This document shows, in pieces, positions 51,925 to 61,326 of a stretch of 64,000 nucleotides of DNA. Source of the stretch: Candidatus Latescibacterota bacterium. GTDB taxonomy: Bacteria; Latescibacterota; UBA2968; GCA-2709665. The stretch covers positions 4,224,001 through 4,288,000 of the forward strand of contig OZ242180.1 in assembly GCA_965205485.1 (NCBI GenBank), in the 5' to 3' direction. Numbering within the stretch: position 1 is the first letter of the stretch; every line of letters starts with the position of its first letter. The notes beneath the pieces are model-generated. The model was not told where the DNA came from. It was given only the letters and a program-made list of their open reading frames with translations, and ran no database searches. The position numbers were made by a program, and so were the translations under genes.

Positions 51925-52383
51925 CTACGCTCCTGCGACGGGAAACTGGATTTCGGTCACGAAGTCCTTCGGATCTCCACCGGGCGTGAAATGCAGGTAG
52001 ACCTCCCTGCCGGGCCCTGTAATCCGGTAGCCGTTTTCCCGGATCCATTGTCGTACGGCTTCGTACGCGTTTCGGAACCCGTCGAACGGGCCGTGGTGAA
52101 CCAGGCACGCCATTTCTTCTCCCGGCAACTCCCGTACCGTGACGCGATCACCGTCCGGCATTGGACGATCAATCGGCAGCGCCGCCTCCGCGTCCAGAGG
52201 ACCGTGCCAGATTGTAATCCCCGGTCCCCGGATGTTCCCGTTTTCTTCTCCGATATGCGTGGCGACCTCATTGTACATTCGGTTCATCGCCGAACCGATG
52301 GCGCCGTAGCCCCGAATAGATTCCCGCCGGGAAGCAACCAGGATAGGCTCGACGGACTTGATCTCGACTTCACAGACAGCCAC
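51925..52383 (-). CDS. Stand-alone GyrI-like small-molecule-binding protein
   Basis: HHGPFD...AYEAVRQWIRENGY...GPGREVY...TEIQFPV; no MerR/AraC DNA-binding domain. Confidence 0.85.
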   Translation of the reverse strand: MAVCEVEIKSVEPILVASRRESIRGYGAIGSAMNRMYNEVATHIGEENGNIRGPGITIWHGPLDAEAALPIDRPMPDGDRVTVRELPGEEMACLVHHGPFDGFRNAYEAVRQWIRENGYRITGPGREVYLHFTPGGDPKDFVTEIQFPVAGA

Positions 52384-52486
52384 GTCATCCTCCAGGGTCT
52401 GTCGGGGCAAACATGATCGATGCACAACATAGCACCGTAAATGGAGTTACGCATTCACATCGGGACTCTCTACGGCACAACCGGAA

Positions 52487-54034
52487 TCACCCGGGCGCCG
52501 TGAACTGAAACGCATACAACTTGCAGTCGCGCATGACGAAACGTATCCTGACCGGCCTTCCGGACAGTTCGCCAACGTCCGTCCGGTCGCCCCAGCGCAC
52601 AGGCATCCGGACGGAGTTGCCGCAGAGCCAGGACGCGTCCGCTTCGGCGTAATTCCCGATCGGCCGACCGAGATCGTCCTGCAGTTCCACTTTCACCGAA
52701 CCTCCCCCCCCGGTATCCAGATTCAACTCCAGTTGCGTGCCCTCAAATCGAATCGCGGGCGTGATAAGCTCGCCGCCTCCGTAGCCCGCATCCGCCGATA
52801 CGAAGCCGTCCAGCCGCATCACGGCGCGGCCGATTCCGCTCAGATGCCTCCCTGCAGCCGGGTCGACCACGCCGTCGTGATCCCGGTTCGTGCCGCTGTA
52901 ATAGATCCACAACTCGTCGCCCATCGGTACGGGATGCGGCATCGCCCAGACCATGCGGGAAGAGAAGCTCCCCTCCCTGCCGGGCTTGAGGAACGCCTGG
53001 CGCCCGCCGCATCGCCGAAAGTCGATGCCGTCGCGGCTGACGGATAACCGGGCGTCGAAACGACTGGGGCCGTAGATTCTCTGGGTTTCTTCCCTCGCAA
53101 CGCCCATATCGTCCCGCACAACGGTGACAATCGGCTCGCGGTCGAACCAGTACCAGTTTGCATTGGCCAGCATGATATAGACACCATCGGGGTCCGGATA
53201 TTTGAATACCAGAGCGCCGTAATAGTCCACCGGTACCCGTCCGTAAGGTTTCTCCGGTCCTTCGGGGCAAAGGGGAGAAGGCGTCTCATAGGAATCCATA
53301 TCCGCGTCGTCGGGCCGCATGACGATTCGCTGATTGCCCCACTCCTTCAGGTCCTCGGACTCCAGCCGGCGCACCGTCCGGTAATTGAGATTGCCACCGG
53401 CGGTGCCATGGCGCTTCGCGAACCAGTGCCGGGTATACATCGCGTAGCGCCTGACCGGCGGGTCCCAGAACACGACGGTCTGCGTATCCCAACCGCCCCG
53501 GCTGAGCCGGACGTCCCGCGCCAGCTTCCAGTGAATCCCGTCAGGCGATCCGTGCATGTGCAGATGGCCCCATACCTCGGGCGGCGAATACACCTTTGCC
53601 TGGTTCCGGTAGCGGGAGTCAGGTAACGCGTGAGGATCGATCCAGACGGAACTTCCCCCGATTTTACCCGGTATGACAACGTTGTTCTCCGTTGTGCCGC
53701 CGGAATCAAACAGATTCAGGACCGGTTTGTTAAAATGGATGCCGTCGGCAGACTCGGCGTAGGCGACGTGGGCTTCGTCGCGGCCGGACCGGTAGTCGCC
53801 GATGCGAACGTGATACCATGCGCGGACCCTTTCGTCGACGTCTTTGAGAACGCTGCTGTAAATCCCGTAACTCGTCCCGGGCCGCTGCTCCCAGACTGCG
53901 TCCGGCTTCAGTACCGGATCGTCCGCCTGATAGGGAGGATTCATGACAAATGTGACACCCGCGCTGGATTCGACGAACTTCGAATCCACGAACAGTTGCT
54001 TTCCGGATCCCACGTCGATGACTTGATTCGGCAT
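52487..54034 (-). CDS. Putative beta-propeller glycoside hydrolase-like protein with a C-terminal beta-sandwich
   Basis: KQLFVD; Asp-box-like SADGIHF, SPDGIHW and SRDGIDF; DELWIYYSG; RLDGFVS; KLYAFQF. Confidence 0.6.
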   Translation of the reverse strand: MPNQVIDVGSGKQLFVDSKFVESSAGVTFVMNPPYQADDPVLKPDAVWEQRPGTSYGIYSSVLKDVDERVRAWYHVRIGDYRSGRDEAHVAYAESADGIHFNKPVLNLFDSGGTTENNVVIPGKIGGSSVWIDPHALPDSRYRNQAKVYSPPEVWGHLHMHGSPDGIHWKLARDVRLSRGGWDTQTVVFWDPPVRRYAMYTRHWFAKRHGTAGGNLNYRTVRRLESEDLKEWGNQRIVMRPDDADMDSYETPSPLCPEGPEKPYGRVPVDYYGALVFKYPDPDGVYIMLANANWYWFDREPIVTVVRDDMGVAREETQRIYGPSRFDARLSVSRDGIDFRRCGGRQAFLKPGREGSFSSRMVWAMPHPVPMGDELWIYYSGTNRDHDGVVDPAAGRHLSGIGRAVMRLDGFVSADAGYGGGELITPAIRFEGTQLELNLDTGGGGSVKVELQDDLGRPIGNYAEADASWLCGNSVRMPVRWGDRTDVGELSGRPVRIRFVMRDCKLYAFQFTAPG

Positions 54035-54087
54035 CGCTCAGACTCCCCTGATTACGGCCGACGGCGAAAGCCATCGGTCAAGAGCGG

Positions 54088-55911
54088 TTACTGGCTCGGC
54101 GGTAGACCGGCATTCCGGTTCCATTCGCGGACCTCTCGCCACAGTCTTTCCGCGTCGACGTTAAAGCCGTTTTCGTTCAGACGAATGTATGTACAACCCT
54201 CATAGAAGTTGTAGACGTCGAATCCGTCGGCGGCGATACGACGGATATTCCGCAGTTCCATATCCACGAATTCCTCCGCGCGCATGCCCTCGAATCTCGG
54301 ATTGGGCGTGTAGGCCATTCGCAGTCCAAGCTCATTGCAGAAATGCAGCGCCTTTCGATAGAAACGGTCGATTGCCGCCTGTTGCCCGGCCGAGAGGTTT
54401 CTCGCCTGAAACCGTTTGAAATTCACGACGTCCACCCAGCCTTCCGCCAGCCATCTCCGCCAGTTCCAGTAAATCTGATCCAGGCTTTGCTGCCGGGGCT
54501 CCCGATCCATGCTCGGATACGCCGTGAGGTGGATCCATGATTCCCTGCCGTGCAACCGGATCAGTTCAGATGCGGCCTTCAGGAACAGATCGAAATACTC
54601 CCCTCGCAATTCCCGCCAGGCGCCCCGATCGAACGATTCGCGCGTAATGTCCACCCCATATCGATCGCGAAACGCTTCGACAACGGGTTTCCCGAATCCG
54701 TAATTCTCGAAATCCATATTCTGCGTATGACTTTCGACACGGATGTCAACCCCGTCGCATCCCGCGTCGATTTCATACTGAACGATGTCGAGCAGCCACT
54801 GTCTGACATCCGGATACCCGAGTTCGACTGTTGAAGTCAGAAACCGGTTTCTTCCCCGTGCGATTCCTATGAACGGTACCTTGTCCACGTTCAGCCTGTA
54901 CCTTCCCGCGGAGTGTTGCCAGTCGTGTCCACCGGGATGGTTTTCGAACGGAATGAGCCAGTTGGCGTCAAACCCGATTCCGGACTCCTCAAACGTTCCG
55001 AGAGGCCTCGAGTAGTCGGACCTGGGAGAAAATCCCGGGGTGAAGACGACGGGCGCACCCGCAACGTCCTCGACCTCCAGGAGTGCCGTCAGTGTGTTCG
55101 TCACGCCGACGGGGCCGGAGAAACGGAGACAGAAAAACGGCTGAGATATTTCCAGTCCGGAAATTTCGATACAGACGAATTCCCCTTCGTCGGCAAAACG
55201 CTTTTCGGGCGCGGGCGCAAATACAGGCGGCCTTCTTCTGCGCACGGAAACGCCGACACGGCTGCCGCCCCGATAGGGCGTGTATCGCGCATTCGTCTCG
55301 CTGACAAACAACTCGATGTCAGGAACCCCCTGCAGGCGCTTTGCTTCGTGCCAGAGGCGAACGGTCCGCACGGGTTTCCGAACACCATCCGCTTCCAATA
55401 AGGAAGGGTGAATCTCCACGCGGCGGTCGGGATGTTCGCGGAGCCACCGGAACGCCATCTGGCCCGAGCCGCCTATCTGGGGTATTCCCGGTAACACGTC
55501 AGGCGCCGTTCCAATAGGATAAAACCGTCCCGGTCCAAAGCTGGCCATGTCGTTTATCTTGTGCACCGCGTAGACTTTCAACCCGATGCGATGGGCCTCT
55601 TCGCACACCAACGCGAGTGGATCCGGAACGGCTTCCACGAACGTACGGGCCCCGCCCATCAGATCGGTGGAGGAACCCCTGTCCCACTTGCCCATCTCCC
55701 GGTCCCCCATCTCAACCCAATGAATGCCCTTCATACCCAGATCGGCCACAAGGCGGATGTATTCCCGCAACCGTTCAGGGGTCCATGGGACCGACGTCGC
55801 CGTGAAATCGTCCCTGAAATCCAGGGTCATATGGAATTCCATTGTGCGGCCTCTCAATGTCCCGGCCAATTCCTCAATGCGATCTCGCGTGAGGACCTCC
55901 CGCCTTGACAT
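54088..55911 (-). CDS. Hypothetical protein, possibly a glycosyl-hydrolase-like (GHL10-type) TIM barrel
   Basis: DPLALVCEEAHRIGLKVYA, YPDVRQWLL, DGVDI, FRDRYGVD, WRELRGEY, WRRWLAEGWVD. Confidence 0.5.
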   Translation of the reverse strand: MSRREVLTRDRIEELAGTLRGRTMEFHMTLDFRDDFTATSVPWTPERLREYIRLVADLGMKGIHWVEMGDREMGKWDRGSSTDLMGGARTFVEAVPDPLALVCEEAHRIGLKVYAVHKINDMASFGPGRFYPIGTAPDVLPGIPQIGGSGQMAFRWLREHPDRRVEIHPSLLEADGVRKPVRTVRLWHEAKRLQGVPDIELFVSETNARYTPYRGGSRVGVSVRRRRPPVFAPAPEKRFADEGEFVCIEISGLEISQPFFCLRFSGPVGVTNTLTALLEVEDVAGAPVVFTPGFSPRSDYSRPLGTFEESGIGFDANWLIPFENHPGGHDWQHSAGRYRLNVDKVPFIGIARGRNRFLTSTVELGYPDVRQWLLDIVQYEIDAGCDGVDIRVESHTQNMDFENYGFGKPVVEAFRDRYGVDITRESFDRGAWRELRGEYFDLFLKAASELIRLHGRESWIHLTAYPSMDREPRQQSLDQIYWNWRRWLAEGWVDVVNFKRFQARNLSAGQQAAIDRFYRKALHFCNELGLRMAYTPNPRFEGMRAEEFVDMELRNIRRIAADGFDVYNFYEGCTYIRLNENGFNVDAERLWREVREWNRNAGLPPSQ

Positions 55912-55947
55912 TGGCGCTGAGAGGTCCTATCTTGTACCTGCCGTTCA

Positions 55948-56031
55948 GAAGCTGTTATAAATTTCCCAGCGGTCTTCGCGCGGCTGCAAAAGCGCCGGTC
56001 GGGAACTCACCGGTAATTTTATTACAGCTTC
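55948..56031 (+). mobile_element. MITE copy 4, internally deleted (84 bp)
   Basis: Perfect TCA/TCA duplication with both TIRs retained. The left arm is joined to the right arm at a shared TCGG. Confidence 0.85.
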
Positions 56032-56072
56032 TCAGGTTTCTGTTTCAGACCCGGAAAGAGGGAAACGTCCCG

Positions 56073-56450
56073 ATGCCGCTGACCATCAACAAGACCATCC
56101 GGCCGAATGCGATCTGGCAGGAGATGTATCTGCGGGTACGCGAGGGCCAGCGCCTCGTCATTTCCGCCGAAGGCATCTGGTCGCCCGAGATGCGTCCTGC
56201 AACCATCACATGGTGCGGCGCGAACGGAATCGAAGGCCTCCTGGCCGGAGACGACTACCTGCTGCCCGGCACCAACGTGGGCGCCCTGATCTGCCAGGTC
56301 GGTGCAGAGAATCCGCCCATGGCGGCAGGGGTCTATTTCGACCTTTTCTCACCATACGAAGGACCGCTGTTTATGGCAATGAACGAAAACCCCGAATACC
56401 TGAACCAGGCCGGCTCGATTCAGGCCCAGATCATTCTGTTCGAGCGGTGA
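56073..56450 (+). CDS. Small LecA/PA-IL-like lectin-fold protein
   Basis: W....L.V..GQ.L.I.A.G.W ... GALI..VG ... G.L..AMN ... N.AGS pattern; GTGA overlap with the permease gene. Confidence 0.5.
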   Translation: MPLTINKTIRPNAIWQEMYLRVREGQRLVISAEGIWSPEMRPATITWCGANGIEGLLAGDDYLLPGTNVGALICQVGAENPPMAAGVYFDLFSPYEGPLFMAMNENPEYLNQAGSIQAQIILFER

Positions 56451-57238
56451 TTCTCGCAAACGTCGTCCGCGTACTCATCCGGGAATACGGCCTCTCCTTC
56501 GTCTTCGTGTTCGTCACGCTCGGTATCTGGGAACTGCTGGTCTATGCGTGGGACGTCGCGGACTATATCCTCCCGGCGCCTTCGCGTATCTTCGGCAAAC
56601 TGATCTCCGCGCGATACACGCTTCTTTCTCACGCCTGGGTGACCCTGCAGGAAGCGCTCTGGGGTTTTCTTCTCGGCGCCGGGACGGGCGTGGCAGGCGC
56701 CATTGTCATGGCACGCTCTCCCATCATCGAGCGCATGCTGTACCCCATCGTCATTTCGTCCCAGACCTTTCCGAAAGAAGCGCTCGCCCCGCTGTTTATC
56801 GTCTGGTTCGGCCTCGGGCTCTTCCCCAAGGTGGTCATCGCCGCGCTCATTTCTTTCTTCCCGGTCATTATCAACACGACGCGCGGCCTCCTGGCCGTGG
56901 ACCCGCTCATTCTGGATCTGATGCATGCGCTTTCCGCCGGTCGCCGCCAGATACTGATCAAAGTCCGCCTGCCGCACGCCATTCCCTATCTTTTCGCCGC
57001 CTTGAAAATCTGTGTCACCCTGAGCGTGATCGGTGCGGTTGTTGGAGAATTCGTTGGCGCAAGCGCCGGCCTGGGGCACCTGACGCGGCTGGCCAACTCC
57101 GAGCTGGCTACGGATCTCATGTTCGCCGCGCTGATTGTGCTTGGCGCGATGGGTACGCTCCTCTTCCTGATTGTGGAAGGCCTGGAAAAACTCCTGCTCA
57201 AACGCTGGGGCGATTTCCACGAACCGCTCAGGCGTTAA
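56447..57238 (+). CDS. ABC transporter permease (SsuC/TauC/ThiX type)
   Basis: YILPAPS, APLFIVWFGLG, FFPVIINT..GL, KVRLP.AIPY.F, GAVVGEF. Confidence 0.9.
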   Translation: MILANVVRVLIREYGLSFVFVFVTLGIWELLVYAWDVADYILPAPSRIFGKLISARYTLLSHAWVTLQEALWGFLLGAGTGVAGAIVMARSPIIERMLYPIVISSQTFPKEALAPLFIVWFGLGLFPKVVIAALISFFPVIINTTRGLLAVDPLILDLMHALSAGRRQILIKVRLPHAIPYLFAALKICVTLSVIGAVVGEFVGASAGLGHLTRLANSELATDLMFAALIVLGAMGTLLFLIVEGLEKLLLKRWGDFHEPLRR

Positions 57239-57272
57239 CCATCAATCCGGAACCGTCCAATGGGGGAATCCA

Positions 57273-58244
57273 ATGAACCGTCTGTCCTGGCTCTTTCTTA
57301 TTTTTCTGGTTGCCTGCGGCGAACCGCCCGAGACGTCAAATCGCATCCAGTTGCTTCTGGACTGGAAAGCGCAGATGGAGCACGCCGGCTTCTTCACGGC
57401 GAAGGCGAACGGATTTTACAGTGCCGAGGGGATATCGGTTGAGATTCTCGAAGGTACCGGTGCGCCTACAACAGCCCGTCTCGTCGGCAGCGGCAAATAT
57501 CAACTCGGGGTTTCCAGCGGATCGGCCACCCTGATCGCGCGCACAAGGGACATTCCCGTGGTCTCCCTCGCCGTGATTAACCAGCATTCGCCGGTTGTGG
57601 TGTATGCGTTGGAAGAGAATAACATCCGAAAACCGGAGGATTTGATCGGCAAACGGGTCGGCGTGAATATCGGAGGAACCAAGCACCGGGAATTTCAGGC
57701 CTTTCTAAAGAAGGTGGGGATCGACGAAGAACGCGTACGGGTGATGGGAATGACGGAATCCAGTCCCGCACCCCTCCTTGCCGGCAAGGTCGACGCCATG
57801 CTGGGTTATACCGAAGACCAGCCGGTAACCGTCGAACTCCGCGGGCGAGCGGTGACCCGAATCTCATTTGCCCAATACGGCATCGACCTCTACAGCACCA
57901 ACATCATCGTCAATGCCGACTATCTGAAGAAGAACCCGGACGTCGTGCGAAGATTCGTCCACGCCAGCATGAAGGGCTGGCGCTACGCCGTCGATAACCC
58001 CGAAGACGCGGTGGCGGCGTACATGGCCGAACGCCCGGAGAGCGACGCCGAGTTCAACCGGGCGAATTTCGCAAGGCTCATCCCCATTCTGATGAGCCCG
58101 GACGTGGAACGCCTGGGGCTGGGGGCACAGACCGTGGAGCGGTGGTCACACACGCAGAATATCCTGTTCGATCTGGGTCTGATCGACCGCAGGATCGACG
58201 TGTCCGGGCTATTCGTTTCCGATCTGCTTCCGACGGCTCCCTGA
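57273..58244 (+). CDS. ABC substrate-binding lipoprotein, NMT1/THI5-like (ThiY/SsuA)
   Basis: Lipobox LVAC; LLLDW...EHAGFF.A...GFY..EG; F..AS.KGW.YA..NP. Confidence 0.88.
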   Translation: MNRLSWLFLIFLVACGEPPETSNRIQLLLDWKAQMEHAGFFTAKANGFYSAEGISVEILEGTGAPTTARLVGSGKYQLGVSSGSATLIARTRDIPVVSLAVINQHSPVVVYALEENNIRKPEDLIGKRVGVNIGGTKHREFQAFLKKVGIDEERVRVMGMTESSPAPLLAGKVDAMLGYTEDQPVTVELRGRAVTRISFAQYGIDLYSTNIIVNADYLKKNPDVVRRFVHASMKGWRYAVDNPEDAVAAYMAERPESDAEFNRANFARLIPILMSPDVERLGLGAQTVERWSHTQNILFDLGLIDRRIDVSGLFVSDLLPTAP

Positions 58245-58317
58245 TCGCGCCGATGAGAGTTTCCTGTCGGCGCCATGTCCCTTCAGGCCGGGCGCACGAC
58301 AGGACGCGGTATCCGTG

Positions 58318-59076
58318 CTATCCCGCCATCAGGGTTCTCAGGTGCGCAACCATCTCGACAAAACGTGGCTGAGAAAGCAATCCGACGTCTCTGGGTCTTG
58401 GAAAATCCACCGCCACGTCTCCCACCAGCCTGCCGGGGCGCGGCGACATCACCACCACCCGGTCCGAAAGCAGAACGGCCTCCGGGATGCTGTGCGTAAT
58501 AAACAGCACCGCCGTCTGTGCATCCCTCCATATTCGCAGCAGCTCCAGCTGCATGCGCTCTCGAGTCATTTCGTCCAGCGCGCCGAACGGTTCGTCCATC
58601 AGCAAGAGGTCGGGGCGGTACGTCAGCGCCCTGGCGATGGCCACTCGCGACTGCATACCCCCCGACAGCTGCCTTGGATATGCGGACTCGAAGCCCTCGA
58701 GTCCCACGGTTCGAACCATTTCACGAGCCCTGGCCGCCACGCTGGAATCGTTGAATACCTCTCCGGGAAGCCCGACGTTCTCTTCCACCGTCCGCCAGCC
58801 CAGCAGCGCGGGACTCTGAAAGACCACGCCTATTTCCCGGGCCTTCCTGGCTTCCGCGGGCAACTTTCCGTTCACGCGAACGGTCCCGGACGTGGGCGTC
58901 TCCAGGTCACCGACGATACGCATCAGGCTTGTCTTTCCACAGCCGGACGGTCCGACGACGCTCACGAAAACGCCCTGAGGAACCTGGATATTTACGTCCC
59001 TCAAGGCCTCCACCCGACCGGTGTCGCTATCGAACACCTTGCTCACTCCGCACACGTCGATGGCCAGACTCTTCAT
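58318..59076 (-). CDS. ABC transporter ATPase (SsuB/TauB type)
   Basis: GPSGCGKT, LSGGMQSR, LLMDEPFGALD, ITHSIPEA, DRVVVMSPRPG. Confidence 0.93.
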   Translation of the reverse strand: MKSLAIDVCGVSKVFDSDTGRVEALRDVNIQVPQGVFVSVVGPSGCGKTSLMRIVGDLETPTSGTVRVNGKLPAEARKAREIGVVFQSPALLGWRTVEENVGLPGEVFNDSSVAARAREMVRTVGLEGFESAYPRQLSGGMQSRVAIARALTYRPDLLLMDEPFGALDEMTRERMQLELLRIWRDAQTAVLFITHSIPEAVLLSDRVVVMSPRPGRLVGDVAVDFPRPRDVGLLSQPRFVEMVAHLRTLMAG

Positions 59077-59091
59077 CGCGCATCCTGTTAA

Positions 59092-61089
59092 CTAATAACC
59101 GTGAATATAGTGGCCGCCCTCGGGAAACCAGATCAGGTCCACCAGAAAGGAACATCCAACAGCGAAGACGTAACCGACGATCAGCCCGTAACAGACCGGC
59201 TTTACGCGCCGATACAGGGAAATACCGCCAAAACGCAGGACCATCAGCTTGGCCAGCCACACCAGGAATATATCCAGCACATAAAGCCGGACGTAACCGC
59301 TCGACATCAGCATAACCCCCAGGGGATGAAGCGGCCACCAGGAGAATCGGCTTTGCATCAGCTGTATGGCGCCCGCGGCCAGCCCGCCCAGGAGCCACAC
59401 GCCTATCTTTCCAGGATCGGTCACCTCGGGGTCCGTGTCGGCCACCGCTTTTGCGATACCCTCGTACATGCCTCGCGGCGCGCCGACCAGAGACCACGTG
59501 CGAAACGTGCTGCCGCCTTCCTGGTAGCAGATGGAGACCGTATAGACGATTGCGGCCAGCATGCCCGCAACCAGGCTGACGGCCACGACCCATCCCGTAC
59601 GGCGCGGCCGCCCGGCCAGACGTTCCACGTGAGGAAGCGCCGCCGGCAACCGCCAGCCTGCCAGCAACCTCCAGTTCACCAGACGGAGCCCCACGAGCGT
59701 GGACTCGTTCATCCGGTTCGCGCCCACGGTCATATTCAGGATCGAAGTCGGAAAACTTGGAAACAGATAGGCAAACCCGCTCGCGGCCAGAAATTTCATC
59801 ACAACAAGGATACTCGCCCAGAACAGCAATAGCCAGGACAGGCCGACTGTGACGCTGTATCCCGCCCTGCTCAACCAGAAAACCATATAGATGCCGCCGG
59901 CCAGAATGGCGAACAGGGCCAGTCGAGGAGACAGAATCGCCGTCTCGGGCTCTTCATCGGCTCGCGGCCTCGCGACCTGCCGAAAGACACGCTTCAGGTG
60001 TCCCCTTGCGGCCCAGAGGGTCCAGACCACGAGGCCCATGCTGACGCCGTGCGTGAACAGGCCCAGGATGGTCGACGGCTTGGCCTCCTGCCCCGCCAGG
60101 CCCACCGAGAATCCGACCCGGGACATCGCATACAGGCCCACTTGCCCGGAAAGCCACAACGACCATATGCTGAACAGGATGTCCAGGTCGCACAGGAACG
60201 TAAAGCCAAGAACGGTGGGCAACATCCGGTAGGAGAACGGCTGAAGATAGCGGGACAGTTCGGCGCCTCTGGGCCCGGTCGGACCATAATACGCGTCGAA
60301 AATCGCCAGCCGTGGAAATCCGGGACTCCAATATTCAATCAGATTCCACAGCAGGGGAACGGCTGATATCGCGAAACCTGTCCAGAACAGCCACTGACGC
60401 GCAAACGGAGGCCAGCCACGCTTTCGGTCGAAGCCGTCCGTCAAATCGATCGGCACCTGCGCCAGCGGATAGGTCAGCCGTTCGTGCCGGACCCACTGCT
60501 TCTGAAACACCGCCGTCAGCCCCACCCCGATCGCCGTCATCGCGGCGCCGGCGGACATCGCCCAGAAGACAGGGCCCACCCATGCCCCCCAGGGCACGCC
60601 CGCGCCCTTCTCGATACCCAGGAAAAACCCTTCAGTGACGCCAGGAAAATCCGACGGAAACATCCACCAGGGCAGATAGTCGAATATCAACTCCCGCCAC
60701 CGGTTTTCGGGAGAGGCGTAATACCTGGGGGCCGCCATTGCGCCAACCCACTGCGTAATCCAGTTATATCCTGCAAATGAACCGCCCACCCAGAGCATGC
60801 TCAAGGCCATCCTCAACTCCGCCGACGTCAGGGACAACCAGGGCACGAACCTTTTCAACAGAGCGTTCACCAAAAGCCACGCGACAAAGGGCAGCAACAC
60901 CGCCAGTGGCAGATTCGCCATGGCCATATGTGCGGAGCGAGACCTGAACTCCAGAAACGTCGCCGCGACACAAGCGAAAACCAGCATCGCGACCGAAAGC
61001 GCGATAACGGTTCCGCGCAGTCCCTCCTCGGCTGAGGCCGGAGAATCTTCCGGCAGCGCGATGCGATTGCGGGAATCGGGCTGACTCAT
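59092..61089 (-). CDS. Large polytopic membrane protein (DUF6785/DUF6784-like, putative transporter)
   Basis: Many TM helices; QWVRHERLTYPLAQVP, WWPLHPLG, WLAK..VLRFGG..LYRR..P...GLI.G. Confidence 0.65.
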   Translation of the reverse strand: MSQPDSRNRIALPEDSPASAEEGLRGTVIALSVAMLVFACVAATFLEFRSRSAHMAMANLPLAVLLPFVAWLLVNALLKRFVPWLSLTSAELRMALSMLWVGGSFAGYNWITQWVGAMAAPRYYASPENRWRELIFDYLPWWMFPSDFPGVTEGFFLGIEKGAGVPWGAWVGPVFWAMSAGAAMTAIGVGLTAVFQKQWVRHERLTYPLAQVPIDLTDGFDRKRGWPPFARQWLFWTGFAISAVPLLWNLIEYWSPGFPRLAIFDAYYGPTGPRGAELSRYLQPFSYRMLPTVLGFTFLCDLDILFSIWSLWLSGQVGLYAMSRVGFSVGLAGQEAKPSTILGLFTHGVSMGLVVWTLWAARGHLKRVFRQVARPRADEEPETAILSPRLALFAILAGGIYMVFWLSRAGYSVTVGLSWLLLFWASILVVMKFLAASGFAYLFPSFPTSILNMTVGANRMNESTLVGLRLVNWRLLAGWRLPAALPHVERLAGRPRRTGWVVAVSLVAGMLAAIVYTVSICYQEGGSTFRTWSLVGAPRGMYEGIAKAVADTDPEVTDPGKIGVWLLGGLAAGAIQLMQSRFSWWPLHPLGVMLMSSGYVRLYVLDIFLVWLAKLMVLRFGGISLYRRVKPVCYGLIVGYVFAVGCSFLVDLIWFPEGGHYIHGY

Positions 61090-61326
61090 AACATTCTGAA
61101 CCGGATTGGCGTCAACAACCGGACAATGACACGTGCGCCGGAGGAGGTCTCTCAGCACGACCGATGCAGCGCGAAGGCGGACTCGACGGCCGTGAGATAT
61201 GGATGGTTTGCCGTCCGGATTGACTTCGGCACTGCTGGAACGGCGTCCACGGATACACACAAAAAACAGAGGCCGCCCATGCGGGATTCAGCCTCGATTG
61301 CGCTTTATCCTCCAATTTCCGTATGG

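Noticed and set aside
55905..56072. N-terminal extension of the lectin-like ORF, and a possible TPP riboswitch (GCTGAGA...ACCTG) upstream of the NMT1-type ABC genes
   Set aside because: The extension runs through MITE copy 4. The riboswitch lacks the conserved downstream GAU..GUAAU..GCGUAGGGA half and abuts the start of the divergent gene.
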